Source: an uncultured Gemmatimonadales bacterium (GTDB lineage: Bacteria > Gemmatimonadota > Gemmatimonadetes > Longimicrobiales > Longimicrobiaceae). From it: a stretch of 64,000 nt of DNA. Shown here piece by piece: positions 13,607-21,666 of this stretch. The first letter of the stretch is position 1. Each line of letters begins with the position of its first letter. The translations under genes and the position numbers were made by a program. Below the pieces are notes generated by a model, which saw only the letters and a list, made by a program, of their open reading frames with translations, searched no databases and had not been told where the DNA came from. The DNA lies in contig OY970303.1 in the NCBI GenBank assembly GCA_963716255.1, forward strand, positions 6,176,001 to 6,240,000. Reading direction: 5' to 3'.

Positions 13607-14425
13607 CTACCCCCCGGAGCGCCGGCCGCGCGCCGCGGGGTTCGTGTCGTCCCAGGCATGCTCCCCGAGCAGCGGATCCAGGACTTCGTGGAGGAAGAGC
13701 GACAGGATCGCCGGCGGACCCCCGGCGGCGAGCTCGCGAAGCGTCCGCCCGGTGAGGTGGTGCGCCAGCCGGCCCAGCGTATGCTCGTGCACGCCGAGCT
13801 CGGAGGCCACGGCTCCCCATCCGTGGTCGGGGACCTTGCTTCCCACCCCCCGCAGGAGCAGGAGCCAGTGCAGCATGTCTTCGAGGCGGAGCGCCCGGGA
13901 GCCGTGGCTCGCCCGGCGCCAGTACCGCCAGAGGGTGCGCCGGTCGCAGCCGGCCATCTGCGCGAGGCGCGCCACGGTGCGGACGGGCGGGACCACCCGG
14001 CAGGAGCAGGCGAGGGCGGTGCGGAGCGGGACGGCGAGGTCGGTGGAGCTCTCGAAGGCGGACGCCAGGCGATGCAGCAGCCCCGAGGCGCGGGCCCGGG
14101 TGACGGCGGTCCCCAGCCGCGCGTCCACCTCGTCCGGCCAGACCACCTCTTCCACGCGCAGCCCGGTGAGGTGGCGCAGGTTGTCGGCGTCCCTCCGGGT
14201 CACCAGGACGACGGGCTGGAGCGGATGGCGCAGCTTGAACCCGGCCAGCCGGGAGCAGGCCGGCTCGTCGGCCAGCCGCTCGACCGCCACCACGGAGCAT
14301 TCCGCGGCCGGCGCGGCGCGCTCGAAGCCGCGCCAGTCCCAGGCCGCGAGCACCTGCTCGCCGGCGGGCAGCGCCGCCCGCAGCCTTTCGTTCAGCTTCC
14401 TGTCCGGGCAGAAGAGCGCCAGCAT
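13607..14425 (-). CDS. Putative transcriptional regulator (degenerate receiver-like N-terminus plus AraC-like HTHs)
   Basis: TVARLAQMAGCDRRTLWR and WGAVASELGVHEHTLGRL HTH-like segments; divergent from the glycosyltransferase gene. Confidence 0.6.
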   Translation of the reverse strand: MLALFCPDRKLNERLRAALPAGEQVLAAWDWRGFERAAPAAECSVVAVERLADEPACSRLAGFKLRHPLQPVVLVTRRDADNLRHLTGLRVEEVVWPDEVDARLGTAVTRARASGLLHRLASAFESSTDLAVPLRTALACSCRVVPPVRTVARLAQMAGCDRRTLWRYWRRASHGSRALRLEDMLHWLLLLRGVGSKVPDHGWGAVASELGVHEHTLGRLAHHLTGRTLRELAAGGPPAILSLFLHEVLDPLLGEHAWDDTNPAARGRRSGG

Positions 14426-14610
14426 GGGACACCCCGGTCTCGGGATGCCTGCAAAGCAGGGTGCCCGTGTAATATGCGGTGTCCGGCGGGGGTGTCCAGG
14501 GCAAGGGGCACGCCGGGGTGGCCGGGCGCGGGGGGCGCGCCTACCTTGCACGGGGGCCGGCCGCGGGCCCGCCGTCGAGGTGCGCCGGTGGATCCGCTCC
14601 GCGCAAGGCG

Positions 14611-15462
14611 ATGACGCACACGGTGATCTCGGTGGACGGCTCGCGGTACCTGCGGTGGCAGGCCGACCTGCTCGCCTTCTCCCACCGGCGGGCGAGGCAG
14701 CCGGGGCCGCTCACGCGCCTGTGGTCAGCCCGGGAGCCACCGCCGGCCTTCGCGGGACGCACGTTCCGTACGGAGCCGGGCCCCGCCCCCCGCGCGTGTG
14801 CGGACGACTACCCGCCCCTCAACCGGCCCCGGGCACTGCACGCCTGGCTCAGGGAGGCGCCCCCCGCGGAGGAGTCAGTCCTGGTCCTCGACCCGGACTG
14901 CGTCTTCCTGGCCCCGCTGGCGGAACCCGCGTCCCGTGGAGACCCGGTCGCCCAGCCCATCGGCTACCTGGACCCGGAGCGCCACCCGGAGCTCGTGCGG
15001 CGGCACTGCCGCAGGCCGGGGGCGGTGCAGGGGATGGGGATTCCCGTGCTCATCCACCGGGACGACCTGGCGGCGCTGCTCCCGGCCTGGCTGGAAAAGA
15101 CGGAAGCGATCCGCGGCGACGCGAGGAGCAGGGTGCTGGCGGGGTGGGTGGCGGAGATGTGGGGGTACGCTTTCGCCGCGGCGGAGGCGGGGATGCGGCA
15201 CGCGCTGCGCGAGACGGCCCGGTTCTCCACGGAGGACCGCGCGGACCTTCCCATCGTCCACTACTGCTACGCCTGCGCGGATCCCTCCGGCCGATGGCGG
15301 TGGGACAAGAGGAGCCACCTGCCCTGGGCATGCGTGGCGGAGCCGCCCGCCGGCACGCCGCGGGCGGCCGTCGCGCTGATCGGCCTGCTGAACGAGTGGG
15401 TGGCGGAGGAAGGGCACCGCATCCCGCCGGGGGCCGCCCCCCGCTGGAGGAGACACCACTGA
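14611..15462 (+). CDS. Glycosyltransferase resembling plant peptidyl-serine galactosyltransferase / hydroxyproline arabinosyltransferase (GT96/GT95-like)
   Basis: HTVISV..YLRWQ, QPGPLTRL, YPPLNRP, DPD (DxD), IHRDDL...WLEKTEAIR and GWVAEMWGYAFAAAEAG match the recalled SGT1/HPAT motifs in order. Confidence 0.8.
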   Translation: MTHTVISVDGSRYLRWQADLLAFSHRRARQPGPLTRLWSAREPPPAFAGRTFRTEPGPAPRACADDYPPLNRPRALHAWLREAPPAEESVLVLDPDCVFLAPLAEPASRGDPVAQPIGYLDPERHPELVRRHCRRPGAVQGMGIPVLIHRDDLAALLPAWLEKTEAIRGDARSRVLAGWVAEMWGYAFAAAEAGMRHALRETARFSTEDRADLPIVHYCYACADPSGRWRWDKRSHLPWACVAEPPAGTPRAAVALIGLLNEWVAEEGHRIPPGAAPRWRRHH

Positions 15463-15499
15463 TGCCGGGGCCGGTTGAACGGACCGGACGACAGGGTCC

Positions 15500-15648
15500 G
15501 GGCGTGCTCCCGGCTGGCGCCGGGGTCGGGCTTCGGCTCCGTAACGCACGATACGACCGTGCGTAACGGAGTCGAGCCCCCGCGAAACTGCCCGCGGGGT
15601 CTCGCCCCTTCGGGCCGAAATCCCTCACGCGGGGCTCGCGCTGGCGTC
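15500..15648 (+). repeat. Structured repeat family A, copy 2
   Basis: GGGCGTGCTCCCGGCTGGCGCCGGGGTCGGGCTTCGGCTCCG...CCCTCACGCGG. Confidence 0.9.
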
Positions 15649-15691
15649 AGCTGGGCAGCCCACCCTGGCCCCGGCCCGGCGCGCGTGCAGC

Positions 15692-16528
15692 TTAGCCGTC
15701 CTCCTGGAGGCGGTCCGCGAACTCCGCAAGCGAAAGCCTGGTCTGGTGGCCGGGCGCCCGCCCCAGGACGGGGGAGCTCCCCTGGAAGTAGTGCTTCTGC
15801 CATTCCTGGCGCCGCGACTCCGACCCGGGCCGCCGGAGCTCGCTGTTGAACCACGCACGGTCCTCGGCCCACTCCTCGTAGGGCTCCCGGACCTCCGGGC
15901 AGCGCTCGATGTCCCGGATCTCGGGGCGGAACGCCTCCAGCTCTCCACGCCGCTGCGGCACGAGCATGGCAATGGGCTCGCCCGCGGGAAAGGTCACCGG
16001 GCGGCGCCGCCGGGTCACCTGCCAGTTCATCGTGAAGGTGGCGTACGACCAGTCGGCCTCCACCAGCCCCTCCAGCGGGCAGGCTCCGTCCCGCGGCCAG
16101 TTGGCGGGGCCGCGCACCAGCAGGTTGTACCCCGGGGCGGTCCGGAACAGGTACGGCACGTGCCAGGTGAGGATGCCGTGGCCGAAGTGGCTCACGGCGG
16201 GGCAGGGCGGATCCCCGCCGAGGAGCTCCACCCGCAGGCTCGCCGCGGCCTTCCCGCCGGCCCAGGTCGCACGCACGGTGTGCGCGCTCAGGAGGAACCA
16301 GCCCGCCTGGTTCGCCACGAGCAGGGGGAGGCAGCGGAGGGCGAAGCGCCGGTCGGTCGCGTCCATCCACTCCCGGTCCCGCGATGCCGGCACCAGCGGC
16401 ATCGCCATGGACCGGTTGACGCAGTAGGCGGTGAGCAGCGGCGCCGGGCCCCGCTCCCCGGGGGGCGCAGAGACCGGCGCCGCCCCGTCTCCCATCCTGC
16501 TCCGGACTCCCGTCCGCGGTTCGTCCAC
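15692..16528 (-). CDS. DUF6065-family protein
   Basis: PASRDREWMDAT..RFALRCLPLLVANQAGW, SHFGHGILTW, RGPAN, LEGLVEADW, TFTMNW, WQKHYFQG; start may be 16495. Confidence 0.75.
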   Translation of the reverse strand: MDEPRTGVRSRMGDGAAPVSAPPGERGPAPLLTAYCVNRSMAMPLVPASRDREWMDATDRRFALRCLPLLVANQAGWFLLSAHTVRATWAGGKAAASLRVELLGGDPPCPAVSHFGHGILTWHVPYLFRTAPGYNLLVRGPANWPRDGACPLEGLVEADWSYATFTMNWQVTRRRRPVTFPAGEPIAMLVPQRRGELEAFRPEIRDIERCPEVREPYEEWAEDRAWFNSELRRPGSESRRQEWQKHYFQGSSPVLGRAPGHQTRLSLAEFADRLQEDG

Positions 16529-16532
16529 GGCG

Positions 16533-17480
16533 CTATGCGAAGACGTTGACGTCGCTCGTGATGCTGTCCGTCCTAGTGACCGGCGGCCCCTCCGCCCTGT
16601 TGCCGCACATGCACTGCAGCGTGACGGTCAGCTCCAGGGTGATGGTACCGTTCCCGGTGAAGCGGACGGTGACCTTCTCCGCGGTGGCGCCCGCGGTGAT
16701 GGCCGCGATCCCGGCCGGCCTCTGGGCGGTGATCCTCCACCGGAACGTGAGCGCTTCTCCGCACTTGCCGTCCCTGCCCGGGCCGCACCTTCCCTTGCAC
16801 TTGGGCGAGCCCATCAGGTAGTTGGGCCTGAAGTCCCGCTCCACGGCGAGCACCCGCGTGAACCGGTGCGGATGCCGCTCGACCGTCTGGGTCTCGGTCC
16901 TTTCTCCGACCTTCCGGATCCCCTCCTCCTTCAGCTCCAGCACGGGCTCGCAGCGCGACGGCGGGGGAGGTGGAGGCGGCGGTGGCGGCCCCGGCGGTGG
17001 CGGCGGCGACGGAGGAGGTGGCGGTGATGGCGGTGGCGGCGGTCCAGGCGGCGGCGGCGGACCGGGAAAGGAATCCGCGGACGCCAGCGCTTCGTCGAGG
17101 CGCGCGTGCGGCGCCGGCACCACGATGGAGTCGCAGCCGGGGAGCAGCAGGGCCGCCACCCCCGCCACCCCCAGGGCCAGCACCTCGCGCCGGGTGAGCC
17201 GGCGCTCCTCGCGCGACCTGTCCAGGGGCTCGCGGAGCAGGCCGGCCCGGTCCAGCTGCTCCAGCGCCAGCCAGACCACGTGCTCGGCGGCCCGCGGGTC
17301 GACCGCGAGGCCGAGCTGCGCCGCGATCTGCTCCACCGTCCGCTGCCCGTCGCAGAGGCTCCAGACCCGGGAGGTCGCGGGGTTGAGCCGGTGGGCCCGG
17401 TGGCGCTCTAGGTCGTAGACGACCAGCTCCCCGCCCACCTCGTTGGTCAGCAACCGCTCGTTTCGTCGCTCCGGTGTCAT
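16533..17480 (-). CDS. PqqD/RRE-domain fusion protein with a twin-Arg leader, polyproline repeat and Cys-containing C-terminal domain
   Basis: ELVVYDLERHRAHRLNPATSRVWSLCDGQRTVEQIA (PqqD), LTRREVL plus a hydrophobic stretch, [G/S]P5 repeats, six Cys in the C-terminal domain. Confidence 0.8.
   Translation of the reverse strand: MTPERRNERLLTNEVGGELVVYDLERHRAHRLNPATSRVWSLCDGQRTVEQIAAQLGLAVDPRAAEHVVWLALEQLDRAGLLREPLDRSREERRLTRREVLALGVAGVAALLLPGCDSIVVPAPHARLDEALASADSFPGPPPPPGPPPPPSPPPPPSPPPPPGPPPPPPPPPPSRCEPVLELKEEGIRKVGERTETQTVERHPHRFTRVLAVERDFRPNYLMGSPKCKGRCGPGRDGKCGEALTFRWRITAQRPAGIAAITAGATAEKVTVRFTGNGTITLELTVTLQCMCGNRAEGPPVTRTDSITSDVNVFA
16959..17066 (-). repeat. Coding tandem repeat: GPPPPP GPPPPP SPPPPP SPPPPP GP10
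   Basis: Read directly from the translation; the Pro codons are varied, so the repeat is conserved at protein level. Confidence 0.9.
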
Positions 17481-17507
17481 CCTGCACCTCCTGTCGTCCC
17501 CGGGAAG

Positions 17508-18422
17508 CTACCCGGACGGAGAGATGGGGACGCGGTCTCCCGGTCGCCGTCCTGATGCCCTTTCCAGCCGCCGGATCAGGGATCCGGCGGCCTCATGGGC
17601 CTCGCCCCGCCGGCACGCGAGGGCGTCCGCGCCGGCGGCCACGCGTCCGAGCGATTCCAGCGCGAACGCCGTCCGGTCGCCGGCGAGCAGGCTGCGCTCG
17701 AGCATCGCCAGCACCGCCTGCCCCGGCGAAAGCGCGCGCGGACGCCAGCGCGCGCCCGGCGCGTAGCGCGCGACGGCGACCAGGGCCACGGGGATGGGCT
17801 CCACCCCGGCGCGTCCTCCCAGCTCCCGCAGGGGGAGCTCCCGCGCAGGGGCGCCGTCTCCGTCCCCCACCGAGGGGGTCACCGGGTAGGGATGGGCGCG
17901 CCCCCGCGCGTCGAGCACCGCGAACTCGTCCGAGTAGTAGGCGGCCCCGGCCCGCACCAGGGCCGCCACCAGCGAGGTGGTACCGCTTCGCCCGTGGCCA
18001 AGGACCACCAGCGCCCTCCCACCCCAGCCCACCACGCCCGCCCGCACGAAGAGCCGGGTCCGGGTGGCGAGCGCGGCCGCGTAGTGGAGGTCGTCCTCCA
18101 GCACCGCGAGCACCTCGTCGAGCCGCGAAGAGCGGGCGAGCCGCGCCGTGCCCGCGTACAGCAGGTGGTAGCGGTGGAACGGAGAGCCCGCTCCCGGATC
18201 GCCCACGACCAGGGAGTACAGCTCGTCCACCCGGCGGGCGGACGAGGGCTTCCAACCCGGCGGCAGGCGCTCCCGGACGCGGTCCAGGACATCGGGCCCG
18301 GTCGCCCGGATCCCGATGCGGGCGCCCTGGACGGCGACGGCGAGCCCGTCTTTCCACCCCAGGCGCTCGAGCCTGGCGAGACAGAGGGAGCAGCCCCGGC
18401 GCGGACTCAGCTCGGGCAGCAT
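17508..18422 (-). CDS. HPr kinase-like P-loop protein with a degenerate Walker A
   Basis: LFVRAGVVGW, GHGRSGTTS, YYSDEFAVLD, PYP, LSPGQAVLAML pattern seen in HprK-related proteins near PqqD genes. Confidence 0.7.
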   Translation of the reverse strand: MLPELSPRRGCSLCLARLERLGWKDGLAVAVQGARIGIRATGPDVLDRVRERLPPGWKPSSARRVDELYSLVVGDPGAGSPFHRYHLLYAGTARLARSSRLDEVLAVLEDDLHYAAALATRTRLFVRAGVVGWGGRALVVLGHGRSGTTSLVAALVRAGAAYYSDEFAVLDARGRAHPYPVTPSVGDGDGAPARELPLRELGGRAGVEPIPVALVAVARYAPGARWRPRALSPGQAVLAMLERSLLAGDRTAFALESLGRVAAGADALACRRGEAHEAAGSLIRRLERASGRRPGDRVPISPSG

Positions 18423-18649
18423 GCCGGTGGGTGTCGGGTGTGGCCGGACGGGGGCGGCATAGCGGAGCCGCCCGCATCCCAGTATCCGGCGGCCAGGGGG
18501 GGGCGGTCAACCGCAGGTTGTCTCTCCAGGCACCACATCGTCCCACCGGACCGGTCCTGGACGGAAAGGCGGCGGGGCCCCCGCGCCCGCAGGGACCCCG
18601 CTGTTCTTCTGCCGACGCCGGCCCGGAGCCGCGAAGCTGCGCGCCCGGC

Positions 18650-19264
18650 TCACTTGGGCTGAAGCAGCTCGCCCCCGCCCACCGCCTTGTAGAACTTGAG
18701 GTTGACGTACTCGTTGTCGGCCTTGGTGTTGTAGTGCCGGTAGAGCGAGAGCGTCATGGGGTGCCTCCACATCAGCGAGGGCTTGCCGTTGGTGGGGGTG
18801 TGGGGGATCGCCTGCTCGTTGAGCCAACCGGCGCAGTCCAGGCAGCACCCCTTGGTGACACCCACCTGGAACCCGTGGGCGGCGAGCAGCTTCTTGGTCA
18901 TGCCCTCGGTGTTCGTCAGCACGTACCGGACGATCACCATCTCGGCGTGGAGCCCCGAGCCGGCGGACCCGTCGATCTGGCCGGGGTAGGGGCAGAACAC
19001 CACGCTCGTGACGCTGAACTTTTCCTTGAGCACCTCCGCGTTGTACGACGGGAGCTTTCCGCCCTGGCGGGCGACGTACAGGGTGTTCCCCATCCGGGCG
19101 GTCGCCGTCGTCGACTCGCTGGGCAGGTCGTCGTCGTCGTGGAGGTCGTTGGCGAGCTTGGTGAGCTTCAGGATCCAGTCGCCCTTTTTGTTGAACTTCT
19201 CGGCGCCGCTTCCGAGCCTGCTCTCGGCGCGCTCGCCGGCCTCGTCCCAGCTCATCTTGGGCAT
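18650..19264 (-). CDS. Putative nucleic acid deaminase (HAE...CxxC), OTT_1508-like
   Basis: LHAEM, then GVTKGCCLDC; AGGAG RBS. Confidence 0.6.
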   Translation of the reverse strand: MPKMSWDEAGERAESRLGSGAEKFNKKGDWILKLTKLANDLHDDDDLPSESTTATARMGNTLYVARQGGKLPSYNAEVLKEKFSVTSVVFCPYPGQIDGSAGSGLHAEMVIVRYVLTNTEGMTKKLLAAHGFQVGVTKGCCLDCAGWLNEQAIPHTPTNGKPSLMWRHPMTLSLYRHYNTKADNEYVNLKFYKAVGGGELLQPK

Positions 19265-19306
19265 GGAGACTCCTGCGGGGAGGGGGGAGGGAGGAACAAC
19301 GCGGAG

Positions 19307-19443
19307 CCGCGTGAGGGATTTCGGCCCGAAGGGGCGAGACCCGGCGGCAGTTTGCCGGGGCTCGACTCCGTAGGGCTGCGTCGTTTGCAGCCCTACGGAG
19401 CCGAAGCCCGACCCCCGCGCCCCGCGGGGGGCACGCCCGAACC
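19307..19443 (-). repeat. Structured repeat family A, copy 3
   Basis: Same termini as the other copies, with compensatory stem changes. Confidence 0.9.
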
Positions 19444-19479
19444 CGCCGTAGCCGTTTTAAGCCGTTGCCCTTCAGCCGT

Positions 19480-21108
19480 TCACTTCTCGGACATGAACGG
19501 GTACTGCCACTCCCGCGGCGGCGAGAACGTTTCCTTGATGGTGCGCGGCGAGATCCACCGCACCAGGTTCAGGATGGAGCCCGCCTTGTCGTTGGTGCCG
19601 CTGGCCCGCCCGCCGCCGAAGGGCTGCTGCCCGACCACCGCGCCCGTGGGCTTGTCGTTGATGTAGTAGTTCCCGGCCGCGTTGCGCAGCTCCTGCTCGG
19701 CCTGGAGCACCGCGCGGCGGTCGTTCGCGAACACGGCGCCGGTGAGCGCGTACGGCGTGGTGCGGTCCACGACGCGCAGCGTGTCCTCCCACTTGGCCTC
19801 GGGGTACACGTACAGCGACACCACGGGCCCGAAGACCTCCTCGCACATCAGCTGGTACCCGGAATCCTTCGCCTGCACCAGTGTGGGCTCGATGAAGTAG
19901 CCCTCCTCGTCGCTGAAGCCGCCGCCCGCGACGATCTCCACGTCGTCGGCCTGCTGCGCGTGCTTGACGTACCCGGTGATCTTGTCGTACGCCTTGCGGT
20001 CGATCACCGCGCCCATGAAGTTCCGGAAGTCGGCCGGGTCGCCCACCTTGATCTCGGCCATCATCTCCGTCACCCGCTCGCGCAGGCGCGGCCAGATGGA
20101 GTCGGGGACGTAGATGCGCGACGCCGCGCTGCACTTCTGCCCCTGGTACTCGAACCCGCCCCGCACGATCGCCACGGCCAGCGCGTCCACGTCGGCGCTG
20201 GCGTGCGCCAGGATGAAGTCCTTGCCCCCCGTCTCGCCCACCAGCCGCGGGTAGCCGGCGTAGCCGCCGATGTTGTTCCCCACCGTCTTCCAGATGTTCT
20301 GGAACACCGCGGTGGAGCCGGTGAAGTGGATCCCGGCGAGCGCCCGGTCCTTGAGGAGGACGTCGCTGATCATCACCGGGTCGCCGGGGAGCAGGTTCAC
20401 CACCCCGGGCGGGAGCCCGGCCTCTTCCAGCAGGCGCATGATGTAGTAGGCGCTGTACATCGCGCTCGCCGCCGGCTTCCAGATGGCCACGTTCCCCAGG
20501 AGCGCGGGGGCGGTGGGGAGGTTGGCCGCGATGGAGGTGAAGTTGAAGGGCGTGACCGCGTAGACGAAGCCCTCCAGCGGGCGGTGGTCCAGCCGGTTCC
20601 ACGTCCCGGGGCCGGAGAGCGGCTGCTCGGAGTACAGCTGCCTGGCGAAGTGGACGTTGAAGCGGAAGAAGTCGATCAGCTCGCAGGCGGCGTCGATCTC
20701 GGCCTGGTGCGCCGTCTTGCTCTGCCCCAGCACGGTGGCCCCGTTGAGGATGGGGCGGTAGCGCGTCGCCAGCAGCTCGGCGGCGCGCAGGAAGATCGCG
20801 GCCCGCTCCTCCCACGGCCAGCGCGCCCAGTCGCGCTGCGCCCCGGTCGCCGCGTCGACCGCCTGCCGGACCTCGGCCTCGCCCGCCTGGTGGTAGGTCG
20901 CCAGCACGTGCGCGTGGTCGTGCGGCATCACGGACTCGGCCGTCCTGCCGGTGCGGATCTCCCGCCCGCCGACGATCACGGGAATCTCGATCTGCTCGCC
21001 GGCCATGCGCTTCAGCTCGGCCTTGAGCTCCGCCCGCTCCGGCGTGCCGGGGGCGTAGGAGAGCACCGGCTCGTTGCGCGGCTCGGGAACCTGGGGTATG
21101 GAATTCAT
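19480..21108 (-). CDS. pruA: Delta-1-pyrroline-5-carboxylate (glutamate semialdehyde) dehydrogenase
   Basis: NEPVLSYAPG, AEIDAACELIDF, GETGGK, FEYQGQKCSA, QQPFGGGRASGTNDKAG. Confidence 0.95.
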   Translation of the reverse strand: MNSIPQVPEPRNEPVLSYAPGTPERAELKAELKRMAGEQIEIPVIVGGREIRTGRTAESVMPHDHAHVLATYHQAGEAEVRQAVDAATGAQRDWARWPWEERAAIFLRAAELLATRYRPILNGATVLGQSKTAHQAEIDAACELIDFFRFNVHFARQLYSEQPLSGPGTWNRLDHRPLEGFVYAVTPFNFTSIAANLPTAPALLGNVAIWKPAASAMYSAYYIMRLLEEAGLPPGVVNLLPGDPVMISDVLLKDRALAGIHFTGSTAVFQNIWKTVGNNIGGYAGYPRLVGETGGKDFILAHASADVDALAVAIVRGGFEYQGQKCSAASRIYVPDSIWPRLRERVTEMMAEIKVGDPADFRNFMGAVIDRKAYDKITGYVKHAQQADDVEIVAGGGFSDEEGYFIEPTLVQAKDSGYQLMCEEVFGPVVSLYVYPEAKWEDTLRVVDRTTPYALTGAVFANDRRAVLQAEQELRNAAGNYYINDKPTGAVVGQQPFGGGRASGTNDKAGSILNLVRWISPRTIKETFSPPREWQYPFMSEK

Positions 21109-21319
21109 CACGGTCTCCTGGGTCGGTGTGAAGGCCCCTAAAGTATGCCGCGGGGCGGAGCCGCGCCACCCGCGCCGGGGCCCGGGAACCGGCCGGGCGG
21201 AGCGGCGTACAGGGACGCGGCGGGGCGTCGGCGCTGGCTTGACCGTGCCCGTGCACGCCGGTAACTTTGCCCTGGCCGCCCGCTTTCAACCCGCTCTGCT
21301 TGCAACCGGCTGTGCGCCC

Positions 21320-21550
21320 ATGAGCATCCTGGAGAAGATCGAGGACACGCTCGACACCATCCGTCCGGCGCTCCGCTCCGACGGCGGGGACGTGGAGCTG
21401 GTGGGCTTCGACGACGCGGACGGGACGGTGCAGGTGCGGCTGATGGGGGCGTGCAGCGCCTGTCCCATCTCCACCATGACCATGAAGCAGGGGATCGAGC
21501 GGCGCCTCAAGGCCGCGGTCCCCGAGGTCCGGGAAGTCCTGGCGGTCTGA
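21320..21550 (+). CDS. NifU/NfuA-like Fe-S carrier
   Basis: IRPALRSDGGDVELV...GACSACP. Confidence 0.92.
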   Translation: MSILEKIEDTLDTIRPALRSDGGDVELVGFDDADGTVQVRLMGACSACPISTMTMKQGIERRLKAAVPEVREVLAV

Positions 21551-21581
21551 CCGTCCGGGCGCCCCCGGGCCCCTCTGCCTG

Positions 21582-21611
21582 GCCGACGCTCCGGAGGGGC
21601 GTCGGCTTTTT
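21582..21611 (+). terminator. Intrinsic terminator after the nifU-like gene
   Basis: GCCGACGC stem, GCGTCGGC, then TTTTT. Confidence 0.6.
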
Positions 21612-21666
21612 GTTTCCGCACACCGCCGGCGCCCGCGCGGGCACGCCGGACCGAGGATCTCTGCCG

